The notes beneath the pieces were generated by a model. The model was given only the letters and a program-made list of their open reading frames with translations. It made no database searches and had not been told where the DNA came from. Below, in pieces: positions 12,727-29,623 of a stretch of 64,000 nucleotides of DNA. The first letter of the stretch is position 1. Every line of letters begins with the position of its first letter. The DNA comes from the human T2T-CHM13v2.0 reference genome, Homo sapiens, in the NCBI RefSeq assembly GCF_009914755.1, contig NC_060930.1. One strand, 5' to 3'. The position numbers and the translations under genes were made by a program.

Positions 12727-13654
12727 AATACAATTATTTTTTAAAGCAAGTGCTTGATTCAATCAATTCAATGCACTGGCTCTCCTATATTAGAAAATTT
12801 GTATTTGTCTGAAAGAGAGTTATTAGCTAGAGTTCAGGTAAATTATTGTATATCCTGTATGTTTTTACTTCCTATAGACATTTCTAATGAATAAAAGCCA
12901 GTATTTAAACTTATCTTTAAATCACAAAGTCTTGGCCTTCTTGTTTATTTATTTTTAAAACCAGTGCATATCTGAGATCTTTTACCATGTTGTTGGTGAT
13001 AATTATAAAGTAGAACTGGAGTAAAGACAAGGGTCATAATGATTTGGGATAAAAAGCATACCACATCATGTATTGAATAAACAGAGCAATTAAACTGATA
13101 GATAAATAGACAGTTCAGTAACATTTATATGCATTGTAACGAACCCAAACTTGTCCTCTCTGCTGATTGTCTCATTTGTCATTTTTGAAATAAAAAATGT
13201 AAATTTTGAAGCTTGTAATTAGCCATTAAACTTGAATAATTAAATCTTCTACTATAACGGAGTTTTTCTATGGAGACAGGGTAATGACATTGCTCCATGA
13301 TTAAAGATTAGAGTTTAATCTAATTTAAGACATTTGTCATTCCTTTTTGAGGCTACTGAATATAGCAAGTTTCATTCACTTAATTATATTCACATCTGCA
13401 GCAAGAGATAAGTTTCAGAGAATATTTATGCATGCATATACAGAGAGATACATATACACATGTCCATACACACGTCTATTAAACATGTATTTTCGAAGAG
13501 TAAAAACTGTCAATTTACTAAACTCAGTTATATGGTAGATGACAAAGCGACACTTCCAAAGTTCTACTGCTAAAAGGCTAATTATACTTCTTGATGAATT
13601 TTTATCCCTCTATAGTGAAAACAATCATCATGGTCCGTATCAGTGTCCCTTTGT

Positions 13655-13866
13655 GCTCAGCAAGGTTCTGTTTCATATTCGTTAACTCATAATCTCACAG
13701 CTTGTGAAGTAGGTGTTATCATTATCTCTACTTAACAGCCTGAAGAAAGGCAGGAGTGAAGAGGTGAAGTAATTTATCCAAGATCACAAAATAAGAAAGC
13801 AGTGAAGCCAAGATTCGAATCCAGGCAGGTGGCTCCAAGTCCATTACTCTTTTCTACCAGATCACT
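13655..13866 (-). mobile_element. MIR (MIRb-like)
   Basis: gaggtgaagtaatttatccaagatcac ... gattcgaatccaggcag. Confidence 0.8.
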
Positions 13867-14029
13867 GAACATGACTCTGCCATATCCCGCCTTACCAAAT
13901 GACCTCTTCTTACTGCTTTCCCAAGGCACTTAGTGCCTCTCTCAGATTACTTATCATAACCTTCCCGGTCATCATGGCTACTAGATTGCAATTTTCTGGG
14001 AATAAGAAACTTCTACATTTTAATGTCTA

Positions 14030-15700
14030 AAATATTTTATACATTTAAAAGTAACTGAAATATACAGGTAATAAGGTGTTAAACATCCACACCCCTACCA
14101 CATTTGTCAATTTTAGTGCTGAGGTGTTTAATAACATAAATTCAATACTACAGATAAATGAAGTTCTTTATTTTCAACTTCCCAGGTTCATTCTCTGGCT
14201 TTTCTTCTTCCCTAGAAACAAACACTATTCTGAATTTCATCTCAATTTTTCCAATCTATTTTTAAAAGTTTTCACACAACATACACACATATATATGCTT
14301 TATGTGTGTGTGTACGTGTATACACACACTTTGACTTAGCATTATGCGTATGATATTTATCTCTTTCTTTAGTGTGAAACATTTGTTCTGTCAGTAGCAT
14401 TTCATTGTATGAATGTATTGCAATTTATTGATCCATTCTATTGCTGGTTATATTTGGATTATTTCCAGTTTTCTACTATTGATGGGAATGTAAATTGGCA
14501 TAATCGCTTTGAAAACTGCTGGGCTGTAATATAATCTGCTAAACTAATCTACTAAAGCAAAACACATTATACTGTCTAAACCAGGAATTTCACTTTCAGG
14601 CGAACACCCAACGTACATGTGTATACATGAGTACCAAAAGTATGTGCACAAGAATGTTCAATAGCACATTATTTATAATAGCTAACATTATATATTTTTT
14701 CAGTTCTAGGCTGTTGATAGATGGATACAGTTCTTTCATTTTAACTGCTTTAGATATTTTCATTGTGTGACTATTAAGATTTTCTTGTTACTATAAACAG
14801 TATTGCAATGTCTCATGATACACTTGTACAGAATTTCTCTAAGGTATACATATACCCAGAAGCTAAATGTCTTGATGTTTTTAAATTAGCACAGTTGAAA
14901 TAGTCTTGAATATTCACAAATCACTGTGAGAAACAGTTTATCCTGATTTGTTTTTATCAGACACTGTCAGAATTCTTGCATTCTACATGTTTAATAACAT
15001 TGGGAATTGTCAGGATTGCTTTTGTAAGTATAATATATTCTGTGAGTGAAATTTACTGTTCTTGCTTTAACTTGTGTTTTCCTAATTTAGTAAAGTTGGG
15101 TAGCTGAATATATATACTATTTTTGGTGAGGGAAGGGGCATGTGGTGTATCTCTGTTAGGAATCACTTAACACATATCTCAATTGGATTACTGTTTTCTT
15201 TTGGATGTGAAAAAGTTCTTCATGTATTTTGTATGTACATTCTGCCTATTATACATATAAACATATTTTCTAAGACTGTTTTGCCTTTATACTTTGTTTA
15301 TGGAGTCTTTTTACAAGATAGAAAAATTTTGTTCTAATGATGTCACAGATGTCACATATTTTAATTATTTTTTTCTTTCATGTGATTTGTTTGGTATCAT
15401 CAATAAATATCCCTTGCTATCCCAGTATCATGAAAAACTTCTCCTGTATTATTTCTCATAGTTTTAAAATCTTGTTTTCCAATTTAAGTGTTTAACCTAT
15501 TTGAATTTTATTTTCCAAGTATAGGGATTTTTTTTTGTATAATTCAGAATGTCACTTGTTCCAACAACATTTATCAAACATTCCATTTTATCTGATTTGA
15601 TATAGATAGTAATCTTGGCTATATGCCAAGATAATACACACAATGTATTTTCCTCTTTTTCTAGAAAATGAAAAACCCCTATGAGAGGTTTTGCTGTGAA
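14030..15700 (-). mobile_element. Cluster of ancient L1ME fragments, including an inverted (+) segment at ~14481-14685
   Basis: Antisense L1M 3' motifs; sense motifs tgggaatgtaaattgg and acaagaatgttcaatagcacattatttataatagc. Confidence 0.6.
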
Positions 15701-15989
15701 ATGGAGCAAAGGAATGAGGAAATACCTGGACTGAAGTATAGAGCCAAGCCATGCCTATTCTAGCTCCAAAAAAAAATCTTGACTATTATAACTTCTCCAT
15801 GGCCACAATGCCAAGACACTCTAGAAAGCATGTACACAAATTGAAGGCATGTTTCCATTGTCCAACATATCATCTTCTACATGAACAACTAGCTACCTCA
15901 CTTGCTTGTCTTCCATTTTGCATTTTGACTTGCTTTCTCATCTTCACTCCCACATTCTATTACATTACAGTTTTAATATTTATCATATA

Positions 15990-16150
15990 ATAATAAGATA
16001 AACATAATGTTAGATTCAAGGCTGGTTGGTCCAGCTGCTAATGAATGCATCAAGGATCCAGTTTATTTAATGTTGCTCTGAAATCCACCGAGTGTCATTT
16101 TTAAGGCTGATTCTCTTTGTGGTCATAAGGTGGCTGCCTGTTTTGGTCAG
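15990..16150 (-). mobile_element. Old MaLR LTR fragment (MLT1K/L-like)
   Basis: caaggctggttgg...catcaaggatccag...gtggtcataaggtggctgcc. Confidence 0.45.
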
Positions 16151-16221
16151 GTATGCTCCAATAAAAGAAGAAGCAAATTTATTCTTTGCTTAGTAGGCAG
16201 AAGAGTTTTCATTCACTTAAA

Positions 16222-16420
16222 CTAGTGATGTTAAGCAGGATGATTGTGCTCTTAACCAACAGGGAGCATTTGGAAGTCGTTGGGAACATTTTGTTTGTTA
16301 TATCTGAGGAAGGTCTTAATGACATTTGGTGTATAGAGGCCAGGGGTCCTTCTAAAAATCTTAAAATGTGAAGGCTATCTCCCTATAACAAAGAATTATC
16401 TGATTCAAAATATCACTAGG
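16222..16420 (+). mobile_element. MER20 (hAT-Charlie DNA transposon fossil)
   Basis: gcatttggaagtc..gacatttggtgtatagaggccaggg..aacaaagaattatctgattcaaaatatca matches the MER20 layout. Confidence 0.7.
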
Positions 16421-16429
16421 TTATACAAA

Positions 16430-16850
16430 TCACATCAGTCTCTCTATAGAGAGTGATGATGTTTTCCCATTGTTCATCAAAGTAAGTTATTCATGCAATG
16501 CAATGCAAGCCACTGCATGATCTAGTCTCTATTGACCTCTCCACTTCATCCTTTGTCACTCTCTACTTTGCTCAGTATTTCAGACACAAAGCCCTTTACA
16601 ATTTTCTCCTCAGGGACATCTCCTCTAATTACCCTATCTACTGCCACCATTTTCCTATGCTTTGGTGCCTTGTTTGTTTCCTCAATAGCAAATCACAATT
16701 TGTGACTGTATACTTATGTGTTTGTGACTCATTAATTTTTCCTCCTCTACATCTAATTATATTTAAAAATTCTGAAGTATGACTGTTTTCTTGGCCTCAT
16801 AACAACTTTATTGTAACTAAAACATAGTAGATCCATGATAATCTTCTTTT
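16430..16850 (+). mobile_element. L2 fragment
   Basis: caagcccactgcatgatctag, ctttggtgccttg..., catagtagatccatgataat. Confidence 0.45.
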
Positions 16851-17811
16851 GATATATGCATGTATATAAGAACACATAAACATACCTCCACATGCTATTT
16901 AAATATGCATACATAGGCAAATAATTTTGTAAATATATAAATAACATTTCTGAATAGTGAGATTGCTAGCAACATTTTTTTAACTTTTTGCTTATAGGTA
17001 TTTTCTAATTTTTCTACTACAACCGTGTTATTTTTGTACTGAGAAAAAATAAATGTGAAAAAAAGAACAATTTCTCAAATTATTTTGGCCTAAAGTCTTA
17101 AAATAAATATAGTGCATAGTAACTTTACAGATTCAAGAAGCTTTAAAATATCCTCTAATATCTTGCTGGAATTGGTCCCATGAAACTATCTGAAATAGCA
17201 GATTATGGAAACATTTGTGGTTGTTTAGTACTCAATGGGAATACTTTCTCTTTTGGCAATGAGCAGATTGCTGTTTTGTTGTTGTTGTTTACATGTACTT
17301 TTCATGAAATTATACATAAGTACATATAAGTACATGTTTTCTCACAATAACACGCTTTATCTTTTAAAATCACAAAAAGAATGTATTTTTATTATATACA
17401 TAATTTAATTATGTTATTAAAAATGACTGACACTTTGGTATCAGTTTAAACCAGATTTTAGAAAATTCAATGATTGCTTTTCTAAAGTAAACAGTGTTAG
17501 CATAAATCATCATTGGGAACAATTTTATATGTTCACTGAAGTGACACTTACTTTTTAAAAAATACAATTTACAAAGTAAAGCAAAGAAAACTGTATGGAG
17601 CACAGTGTTAAGAACTAGAGGGACAAAAAGAGGAAAAGTTCCAATGTTTGGAATAGTAAAGGGACTTCTACAGAGCTATACACACTTGATCTGGGACTTA
17701 CTGAATCAGGGGTACAGGGTAGGATGAGAGTAGCTCAAACATTGTGAAGGAGGTAATGGTATTGAAAGCAAACATAGTCTATTTAGAAGCTTGTATTAAA
17801 GTAATTATAAC

Positions 17812-18152
17812 CTGGAGTCCCATCGTGACTTATACAAGCTCTTGGATACAGATGTGTTTCAGAATTCAGATCTTTTTTATATTTCAGAAACACAGTAAGG
17901 CACACATACTCTATAACACTCAATGGGATCTGATAATGTACCCTGTAATCAAATGAATTAATTTTTCCAATAAAATAAATAAATATTTACACTATGTGGA
18001 ATAAATATAGACTAGATACACTCTAAAGTCAGTCCAAGTCAGGCTTTGCTGTCAGATGTGTTCAGGTCAGGTCAGGGTTTGTTATAAAAGAAACTACACA
18101 GAAACATTCAAATTTGTAGCTTTGGAATTGTAGAGAAGGTGTTGTCAGCCTT
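17812..18152 (+). mobile_element. MER46C (TcMar-Tigger DNA transposon fossil)
   Basis: cagatgtgtttcagaattcaga ... ccctgtaatcaaa ... gttcaggtcagg ... ggaattgtagagaagg. Confidence 0.7.
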
Positions 18153-18159
18153 ATGTAAC

Positions 18160-18335
18160 ATTTATTGATAAATTATTATGTGCTATGCAAGTGCCTTACA
18201 TGTTTTAACAACGGACGAGTAACAAGACCACTAAGTCAATACAGCTAGAAGGTCACATAGCTAGAAAGTGATGGGGCAGGGATTTGAATTGAGGCAATTT
18301 TTGATATATTACCTCTCTTACAATATACTCTAGCA
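18160..18335 (-). mobile_element. MIR fragment
   Basis: aaggtcacatagctagaaagtgatggggcagggatttgaa. Confidence 0.6.
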
Positions 18336-19274
18336 ACTTATCTATAGCTGCATGAAGGATTGAATGAAGGACAGGTTGGAAATGAGGCCAAAGAGATAGG
18401 ATGCAGAAAAACTTTAAGAGTGAGGAGAGGGACACAGTAGAAATTAAATATCCAATGGTTATCCTCAATGAGGTTTTTCTAATCTATGGATTATCAGTTA
18501 TTTTCAAACTATTTTCATTTTTGATGTGCAATGCAAATATTTCTTGGAAGATATAGCTGCAGAACAAATAAGCAAGCAAGCAAGCAGTATTTGACTGTTA
18601 ATCCTTATTATTCTTAAATGAATTTCACTTAACGATTCTTAAATCCTAATCTTTCCACACCCAAAGCAAGCAGTTTAAATCACCTTCATGAAACTAAACC
18701 TTCCCAGTGTCCAAAAACAGCTTTTGAAAACGTAAAATGCCCTTGAACAACCAGTGTACTTTTGCCAAGAATATAAGGCAACCTTGGAGGCTCAAGGCGC
18801 TGGTGCTCCCGCTTGGTTATTTTTCCACACTTGAAAAGCCATCTCAAGCTTCTGGGAGTTGGAAGCTGCTTCTTATTCTACACTGCTTGTAAGGAGATGC
18901 AAAAACAATCGATGCTTTCTTCTGGAAAGCTGTTTACTAGCTTCTTCCATAATTCAGGGTGGCAGGCTATCTGACTCCTCAGGCTAAGATGTGGTATAAT
19001 GGAAAGATGCAGGACCCAGAAAGAGAGGAAGCCTGATTTCTAACCCCAGGAAAGTCCTTACAGAGTGAGAAGACTAAGCTCTCATTTCTCTTCTCTCACC
19101 ACAAGGTCCTCAGCTTTTGAGTGAGAGACTTGTCTAGCAGTATGTTTTGGGTTTTTTGTTTGTAGTGTTTATTATAATCATTTGATCATAGTATCTGCTA
19201 TATTGTAAACATTATAAATATAGAAAATGTAGAAAATCCAGGTTTTGTTATTGTCAGGAATATAATATTTTTCG

Positions 19275-19495
19275 TCCATTCACATAACAAATATTTCTTG
19301 AGTAGCTACTTTTAGGCAATGCTAGATATTATAAAAAAAAAACAGATAAAAATGTACAGAGTTTCTTTCCTTGTGGAAATCTAACCTAGTGAGAGCCATA
19401 GATGATTAAATAGATAATGACAATAGAGGGTAATCTGTACTGTGATGACTCCTGTGGGAGTGAGGAGGAGGCACCTAACTCCAAATCAGAGCACG
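19275..19495 (-). mobile_element. L2 3' fragment
   Basis: cattcacataacaaatatttcttgagtagctac ... ggagggcacctaactc. Confidence 0.6.
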
Positions 19496-19984
19496 ATTTT
19501 TTTTTAACAGAGTGAAAAAAACATTATTTAAAACCCAAAGTGCCTTTGTTCTCCACTGTCTTCTAGTTGAAGCAGAGTAGTTAAGTAGTGGGAAGTTAAA
19601 TCACTTTAGTATATGATTCTCATCTATCTTGCAACAGAGATTGATAAATAAAAAATAAAAGAAAAAGAAAGCTTTGAATAGGTCTCCTGTGCTAGCAAAG
19701 ACTCATGTCTGGAGTGGATGGTCCTTTATTTTAGCAGGCAAGAGTGAACTGGGTAGCAGGAGCTAATGTTCTGCATAATAATGTGAAAAGAATTGAAATG
19801 CAGAAATTTTGCAGAGGAAAGATTCCTGCACAGCTTGGCAGAAAATGAGCACCGTCTTTTTAAAGAAAGATGGTTAAGTCTTAAAGCCTCATATTTTAGT
19901 AACTTTAAAGCTTATCTTTTACTTCAATACTTAATGAAGGCTGCTACATATTCAAAGATAAATATTAATGAAGTCATCTTGGGG

Positions 19985-20376
19985 TGCTATGATCTTAACA
20001 TGTCCCCCAAAATTCATGTGTTGGAAACTTAATCACCAATGCCAACGGTGTTGGGAGGTGGTGGGGACTTTCAAGAGATGTTTAGGTCATGAGAGCTCTG
20101 CCTTCATTAATAGAGTAATATCAATGTAAAAAAATGGCTTTCAGGAGGGAGTTTTCTCACTCCTCTGCTCCTCTGCCATGTACGGGCATAGCATTTATCC
20201 TCTTTTCCCTTTCTGCCTTCTGCCATGTAAGGACACAGCAAGCATGCCCTCACTAGATGGTAGAGCCTTGGCCCTGGACTTCTTAGGTTCCAGAACTGTA
20301 AGAAATAAATTTCTGTTGCCTATAAATTACCCAGTCTCAGGTACTCTGTTATAGTAGCACAAGACAAACTAAGACA
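19985..20376 (+). mobile_element. MaLR solo LTR (MSTC/MSTD-like)
   Basis: TG...CA termini (tgctatgatc ... actaagaca), aataaa at ~20305, 5-bp TSD tgggg/taggg. Confidence 0.88.
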
Positions 20377-20645
20377 TAGGGGAAATCAAAGAAAAGGAAT
20401 AGGCATAGAAATTTATGGTGGCCAGGGGAGAGAAGGTGAGAAACAGCAGTAAGAGTTGAAAAATGACTGAAGTCATGGGTTCGGCGAGGGTAGTGGTTCC
20501 GGGTCAGAAGGCATCTGGTATATTTAAGTGCCTAGTACATCACAGAACTCTTGATTAGGTCACTGGACTTCCTTTAGAGTGTGGGATAAGAACTTGAACA
20601 AATATAATTTAAATCTTTCAGAGAATAGGCAGCCCAACTAGTGTC

Positions 20646-20677
20646 AGGGTTACAGTATTATAGGGTTACAGTATTAT
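20646..20677. repeat. Perfect 16-bp tandem duplication (agggttacagtattat x2)
   Basis: Read directly from sequence. Confidence 0.95.
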
Positions 20678-21084
20678 AGAGAAATATGAACACAGAAAAC
20701 TTGACAGTCAGACATAAGGTCCCAGGGGAGACTGGATTCTGCCTAACGTCAATCTTCCTTTTCTCTATCTCAAAATGATTCACAGAATAGAAGAAAATGA
20801 CTGTGTTCACAGAAAAAACAAATCAAAGGAATAATTACTTTTTTATCTTCCGTAAAATTCTAAGTATCAGATTCTTAAGCTGACTTAATGTATATTATGT
20901 ATTGTTTTATATTACATTTGTTTTCTTTCAGTTTATATTCTAGAACTCTTTTTTTTTCCTCATAAGGTAAGCAAGATCATATAAATTAAGTCATCTGTTG
21001 GCATAGGCTAAACCAAGATGACTTGGTGCTGAAGTCACCTTATGCTGAGGCCCTAGGTTGAGGCTAAGGTACTTGTACTTTCCT

Positions 21085-21215
21085 CTACATCATGTTCCTT
21101 ATGGGAATGTAAATCAAGGAGGACAGGCACAATGTCTATATTGCTTCCCAGCTATGAGTATTCTCAATTCTCAGCACAGTGTCTGTCACATAGTAGAATA
21201 CTTTTGTTCATGTCT
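21085..21215 (+). mobile_element. L2 3' fragment
   Basis: tcagcacagtgtctgtcacatagtagaatac. Confidence 0.5.
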
Positions 21216-22949
21216 GTATAAAAGTAAGACAGACATTTATGTAATGATTATGAACTCTCACACATGTACTTGTGGTTATGGTTTTACTATGAGTATGCCC
21301 TCTATTTGAGATTTTTTTCTCTTATAATGATGAAGTTGCATTAATATGTTTAATATATATTCGTTATCACACAGATTTACTAATATATTGTGAAGGAGTG
21401 AGGCTGAGGTGCTAGGGTCACCTAAGATCAGGAATTTGAACAAAGCTAACTGGCCTTGCTGATAACAGGAACCAATAAGCTTTTTTTTTTTTTTGAGCAA
21501 GTGATCTTAGCAGCAATACAATGAAGTATTTTGAACTATGTAGCAAGATAAGTAATAAATACTGAAATGCGATGACTAATGAGTTTCAGAATTACAGTTC
21601 AGCAGTTATCAAGTTTTTTATAATGATTCTACTATGCTTTATGCCCCCAGTTGACACTGCATATAAAAGTACGTGTTAAGACTGAAACTGTCAGTATCTT
21701 CACACCTAGTTGTCCAAAAAATTTTTACTGGTTAATATATACCTTAAAATTAAGAGTGTAAACTGTGAGGGGGCTAATGTTGCTAGTTTTATCTTAAATA
21801 ATCTAAAAATCCTGATGATAGATTTTAATTTTCATTTTTAAAGACATGTTTTTTCCTCAAGGTCTAAATGGGTATTTACATAATTTACAAATATAAATTA
21901 TTAAATCATTGCTGGTTATGGATGTTCAGCCAAACATCAATGCATTGCTTTTTGACTTTTTGCAGCAGAACATCTCCACGTGAGTCTTTTCACCTCTTTT
22001 TTCCCAGCACGTTGGGGTTATAAAGCACCACAGCACCAAATAAGGCCATAATGGAAAAGCATTTTGACAGTTTAAAATGTGTTTTGACAGATCAGGTATT
22101 GCTTTTGAAGTGAACTTGAGAAACTTATGAATTTTTTATGGTTCACTGCATGCAACATGGTCTGACTACCAAAGATAAACATACTTGTAGAAAAAACACT
22201 AGGTGGATGGAAGGGAAACAAAAAATAAAATGCATAGATATTTATAATCAGTTCAGAACACTTTAAGTTACTCCCGGTGTCATTGCAGCAGGGCAGATAC
22301 TTGATAAAAATATATAAGAAATGCAGAATCACCTGGATAATAAAACTGTAAATAATCTAATATGGCTTTCAAATTAGCACCAACCATATTATATAGCCTA
22401 CATCAATTAAATGGATATAAATGTTGCCAGGCATCTCATCTGCTTTAATATTTGATATTGTATGAATATAGCTGTGTACTTATGAATCAAAGTGAATAAA
22501 TAAATGTAGATAAAATTAAGAAATTGCAATTGATGTGACTAGCAAACCTGATGTTTCTAAAGCTGACTACCTGATTATTCTTATTTCTCTGACTCCCATA
22601 CTTCTGCATCTGTTGGTGTTTCTTGGTGAGTGGCTAGTGCACACGATGCACATACCTGTTTTTTCAATTGCTCCATCTCTTCTCTGTTTCCAGACCTATC
22701 CCCCACAGCAACACATCTTCCTCAGTAGATTCCCAACTATTTTCAGTCAAGACTTGTTTTAACCAATACATAGGGAGAACAGAGAAGTGGGTTTGAGATT
22801 TTGATTTAACAGAACTATCTGAGACTTTTAGGATAAATGGTTGTTTTCAAAAATGCCATGGAGGAAAATAAACAAACAAAAATGTTATCTTCTATTTTTA
22901 TAACTCTCCCAACCTACCTGTACTTTTTTTTAGAATGATAAATTTTCCT

Positions 22950-23110
22950 AATTGGACAGATTTTCTTTGAGAGCAAAATCCTGTTTCATTCCATTTTGCA
23001 TCTCATTGCTTAATGAAGAGCCTGCCTCAGAGTAGGAGCTCCCTCCATAAATGTTAAATGAATGATGGGTGGGGAAATGAATGGATGGATGGATGGATGA
23101 GTGGATCCAT
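22950..23110 (+). mobile_element. L2 3' end with (TGGA)n tail
   Basis: cctgcctcagagtaggagct..ataaatgttaaatgaatga, tggatggatggatgga at 23081-23106. Confidence 0.55.
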
Positions 23111-23297
23111 GTATGGAAAGGGGGCTTCAGAAGTATTAAGAGACTGCCTGAGTGTCCACAAAGCAATGTGAAGCTGATCTGAATGTTTTCTTTTGCCTTA
23201 TTTGCTCTTAGCTAAACAATTGCATTCCTTCTTCTTTTCTTGTCATGTATTAACAAACACAATCTAGCAACACTAGAGCAAAAACAAAAATTTCATT

Positions 23298-23670
23298 GCT
23301 GTTTTAGTTACCCATTGCTATATAACACACCACTTTAAAAGTTAGTGGCTTACAACAATTTATTACTATTTCTTACAGATATTTGGGTTGGCTTTGGGTC
23401 AGGCTCAACTGTGATCTTCCTTGGGATCTCTCCTGCAGTTACAGTCAGAAAAATGGTGGTTGGGATTTGAGTAATCTGAAGCCTTGGCTTCACCTGGATA
23501 TTCAAGACAGTTTCACACAGCTGGCAGTGAACTGGAGCACTTACATAGGGATTCTCCATGAGGTTTACGTGTCTGACTGCACCACAACTGGGGTTTGAAA
23601 AAAGGAAAGAAAGAAAAGAATCAGCTGTCACACTTGTTAAGGACTGTGCCTGGAATTGGATCCAGGGTTC
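23298..23670 (-). mobile_element. MLT1 (MLT1H/I-like) LTR fragment
   Basis: tgttttagttacccattgctatataacacaccac..aaagttagtggcttacaacaa; ctcctgcagttacagtcag. Confidence 0.65.
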
Positions 23671-23849
23671 ATGCATTTTCAAGGAAGTAAAGACATACGC
23701 TTCATACATCGCTGTGTGCTGCCTCCTATTGGAGCACGTATGATTAGTATGTCCTTTCACCTACCAGTAGTCCACCTAAGACTGTAAACTGCTCCTCCCT
23801 GTTGATTGCTTAGCTCCTATTAGAGTGTCAGGTAGGTAATAGATAATCA

Positions 23850-25320
23850 GTAAATAATTCATTAAATTAAAAATACTTATTAGAAAAATGATATGCAGCA
23901 GAAAATATACTAGATGTGGGAATAGTCTGATAGTTCCCCTATTTCTCTTGTATTTCTTGGAGGGTAGCTAAAAGGCATGATGAAAAAGAGGGAAAAAGCC
24001 TCTTTTGTTGGCACGTACAGTCCAATATAGCAAATGGAAAATAACAGCACACAAATAAATACCGAATTTGGAATTGCTAAAGATGAAAATCTGTAGGACC
24101 AGCTATATAGAGAATAATGGAGGAGGGCCTTATTTCAGATAGTGTTGTCAGAAAAGGCTTTTCTGGGCAGGAGATCTTTAAGCTGAGAGATGAAACAGGA
24201 GATGTTAGCCATGTGAAAAACTGGAAGCATATGCATCCATTTCAAAGTAAATGGAAAGAAGCCAAGGCAAGATGGATGGTTCCAAGAAATGCAAGAAGTC
24301 AGTGTGGCTGGAAAAAGTTTATTAGAAACAGGAAATGAAAGGGTAGCCAGACCATGGTCAGATTGTGTCATGCTTTGTAGGATGAAGAGAAATATGAATT
24401 TTATTCTAAATTCAATCAGAAGCCAATTAAAAACTTGTAAGTGGGAATAATTTATGCTTTTAAAGTGTCATTCTGGCTGTTTTGTGGAGAATGGTTTTGA
24501 AAAGGCAAGAGAGGAAGTAATGAGAAGAGTTACAACACTTTTATGATTGCCCATGGGAGAGATGACAGTGATTTGGAGGGAGTGAAAGTAGATACATATT
24601 TTTGAGGTAGAATAAATAGGACTTGAGAATGAATTAGGGAGGAGTAAGATAATTCCTCAGCTTTTGCCTGGAGCACTAAGATAGACATAGTGCCTTTCAC
24701 TAAGGTAGGACACACTGAGGGAGAAATACATAGGAGAATAGCAAGGGTTCCTTTTTGATGTACCAAATTTGAGGTATTTATGTGATAGCCAAGAGATATC
24801 CAGTAATCACTTGGACATACAAACCTGGAATTTGTGAAAGAGGAAACACAAGGAGTCCACAGCATATGCATAATATTTGAATCTTATCCATATGCATTGA
24901 TGAGATTCCCTGGGGACCAAGATTCTAGATGAAAAGAAAGGAAGGCTTAGGGCTAAGCTTTGAGGCAAAGAGGATTTAGAAGTTAAGACAAAGAGAAGCC
25001 AAAACAAACAAACACAACTGAGAAGGAGCAATCAGAAACTTAACAGCGAATCAGAATAGTGTGGTGCTCTAGATGCTGTGAATGGGAGAGCTTCAAGAAG
25101 GAATATGCTTTTATTTGGTCAAGAGTTGGGGAGAGAGTTTCTGGGAGATGCAGACACAGACGTATATACAATTTTGGTGAAATAGAGGTGTCTTTGACAG
25201 TAGATGCAATAATGCATTGGAAAATAACAGAGTGCAGGTGGGAAAGGGATAATAGGAGTAGAGAAGGGAGGAAGTGAACACCTATATATAAACATCCTTT
25301 TTGTTATTGCTGTCTTCACT
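23850..25320 (-). mobile_element. Long L2 (L2a-like) fragment
   Basis: Purine-rich antisense L2 motifs (tttaagctgagagatgaa, tttaaagtgtcattctggctg, atatttttgaggtagaa). Confidence 0.7.
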
Positions 25321-25699
25321 TTTCTTCCAAAGATTTGTTTTTACTTGTTGACGTCATTTATTGTAATTTCATACAAGATCCAAAGAAAATTATGTTTTAA
25401 AATGCTGTAAGATAACTTCAATATTTCAATGAAAAACGGATTCCAAACAGTTATATTGTTTTAAAATCAGAAAGAATCATGTGGTTTAACAACTTTTTAT
25501 TTTTTTCTTTATTATACTTTAAGTTCTGAGGTACGTGTGCAGAACGTGCAGTTTTGCTACACAGGCATACACGTGACATGGCTGGCTACACCCATCAACC
25601 CATTACCTACATTAGGTATTTCTCCTACTGTTATCCCTCCCGTAGCCCTACACCCCCCAACAAGTCCCGGTGTGTGATGTTCCCCTTCCTATGTCCATG

Positions 25700-29533
<3,834 letters not shown>

Positions 29534-29623
29534 TATGATGCTAGCTGGTTGTTTTGCCCATTAGTTGATGCAGTTTCTTCACAGTGTTGATGTTCTTTAC
29601 AATTTGGTATGTTTTTGCAGTGG

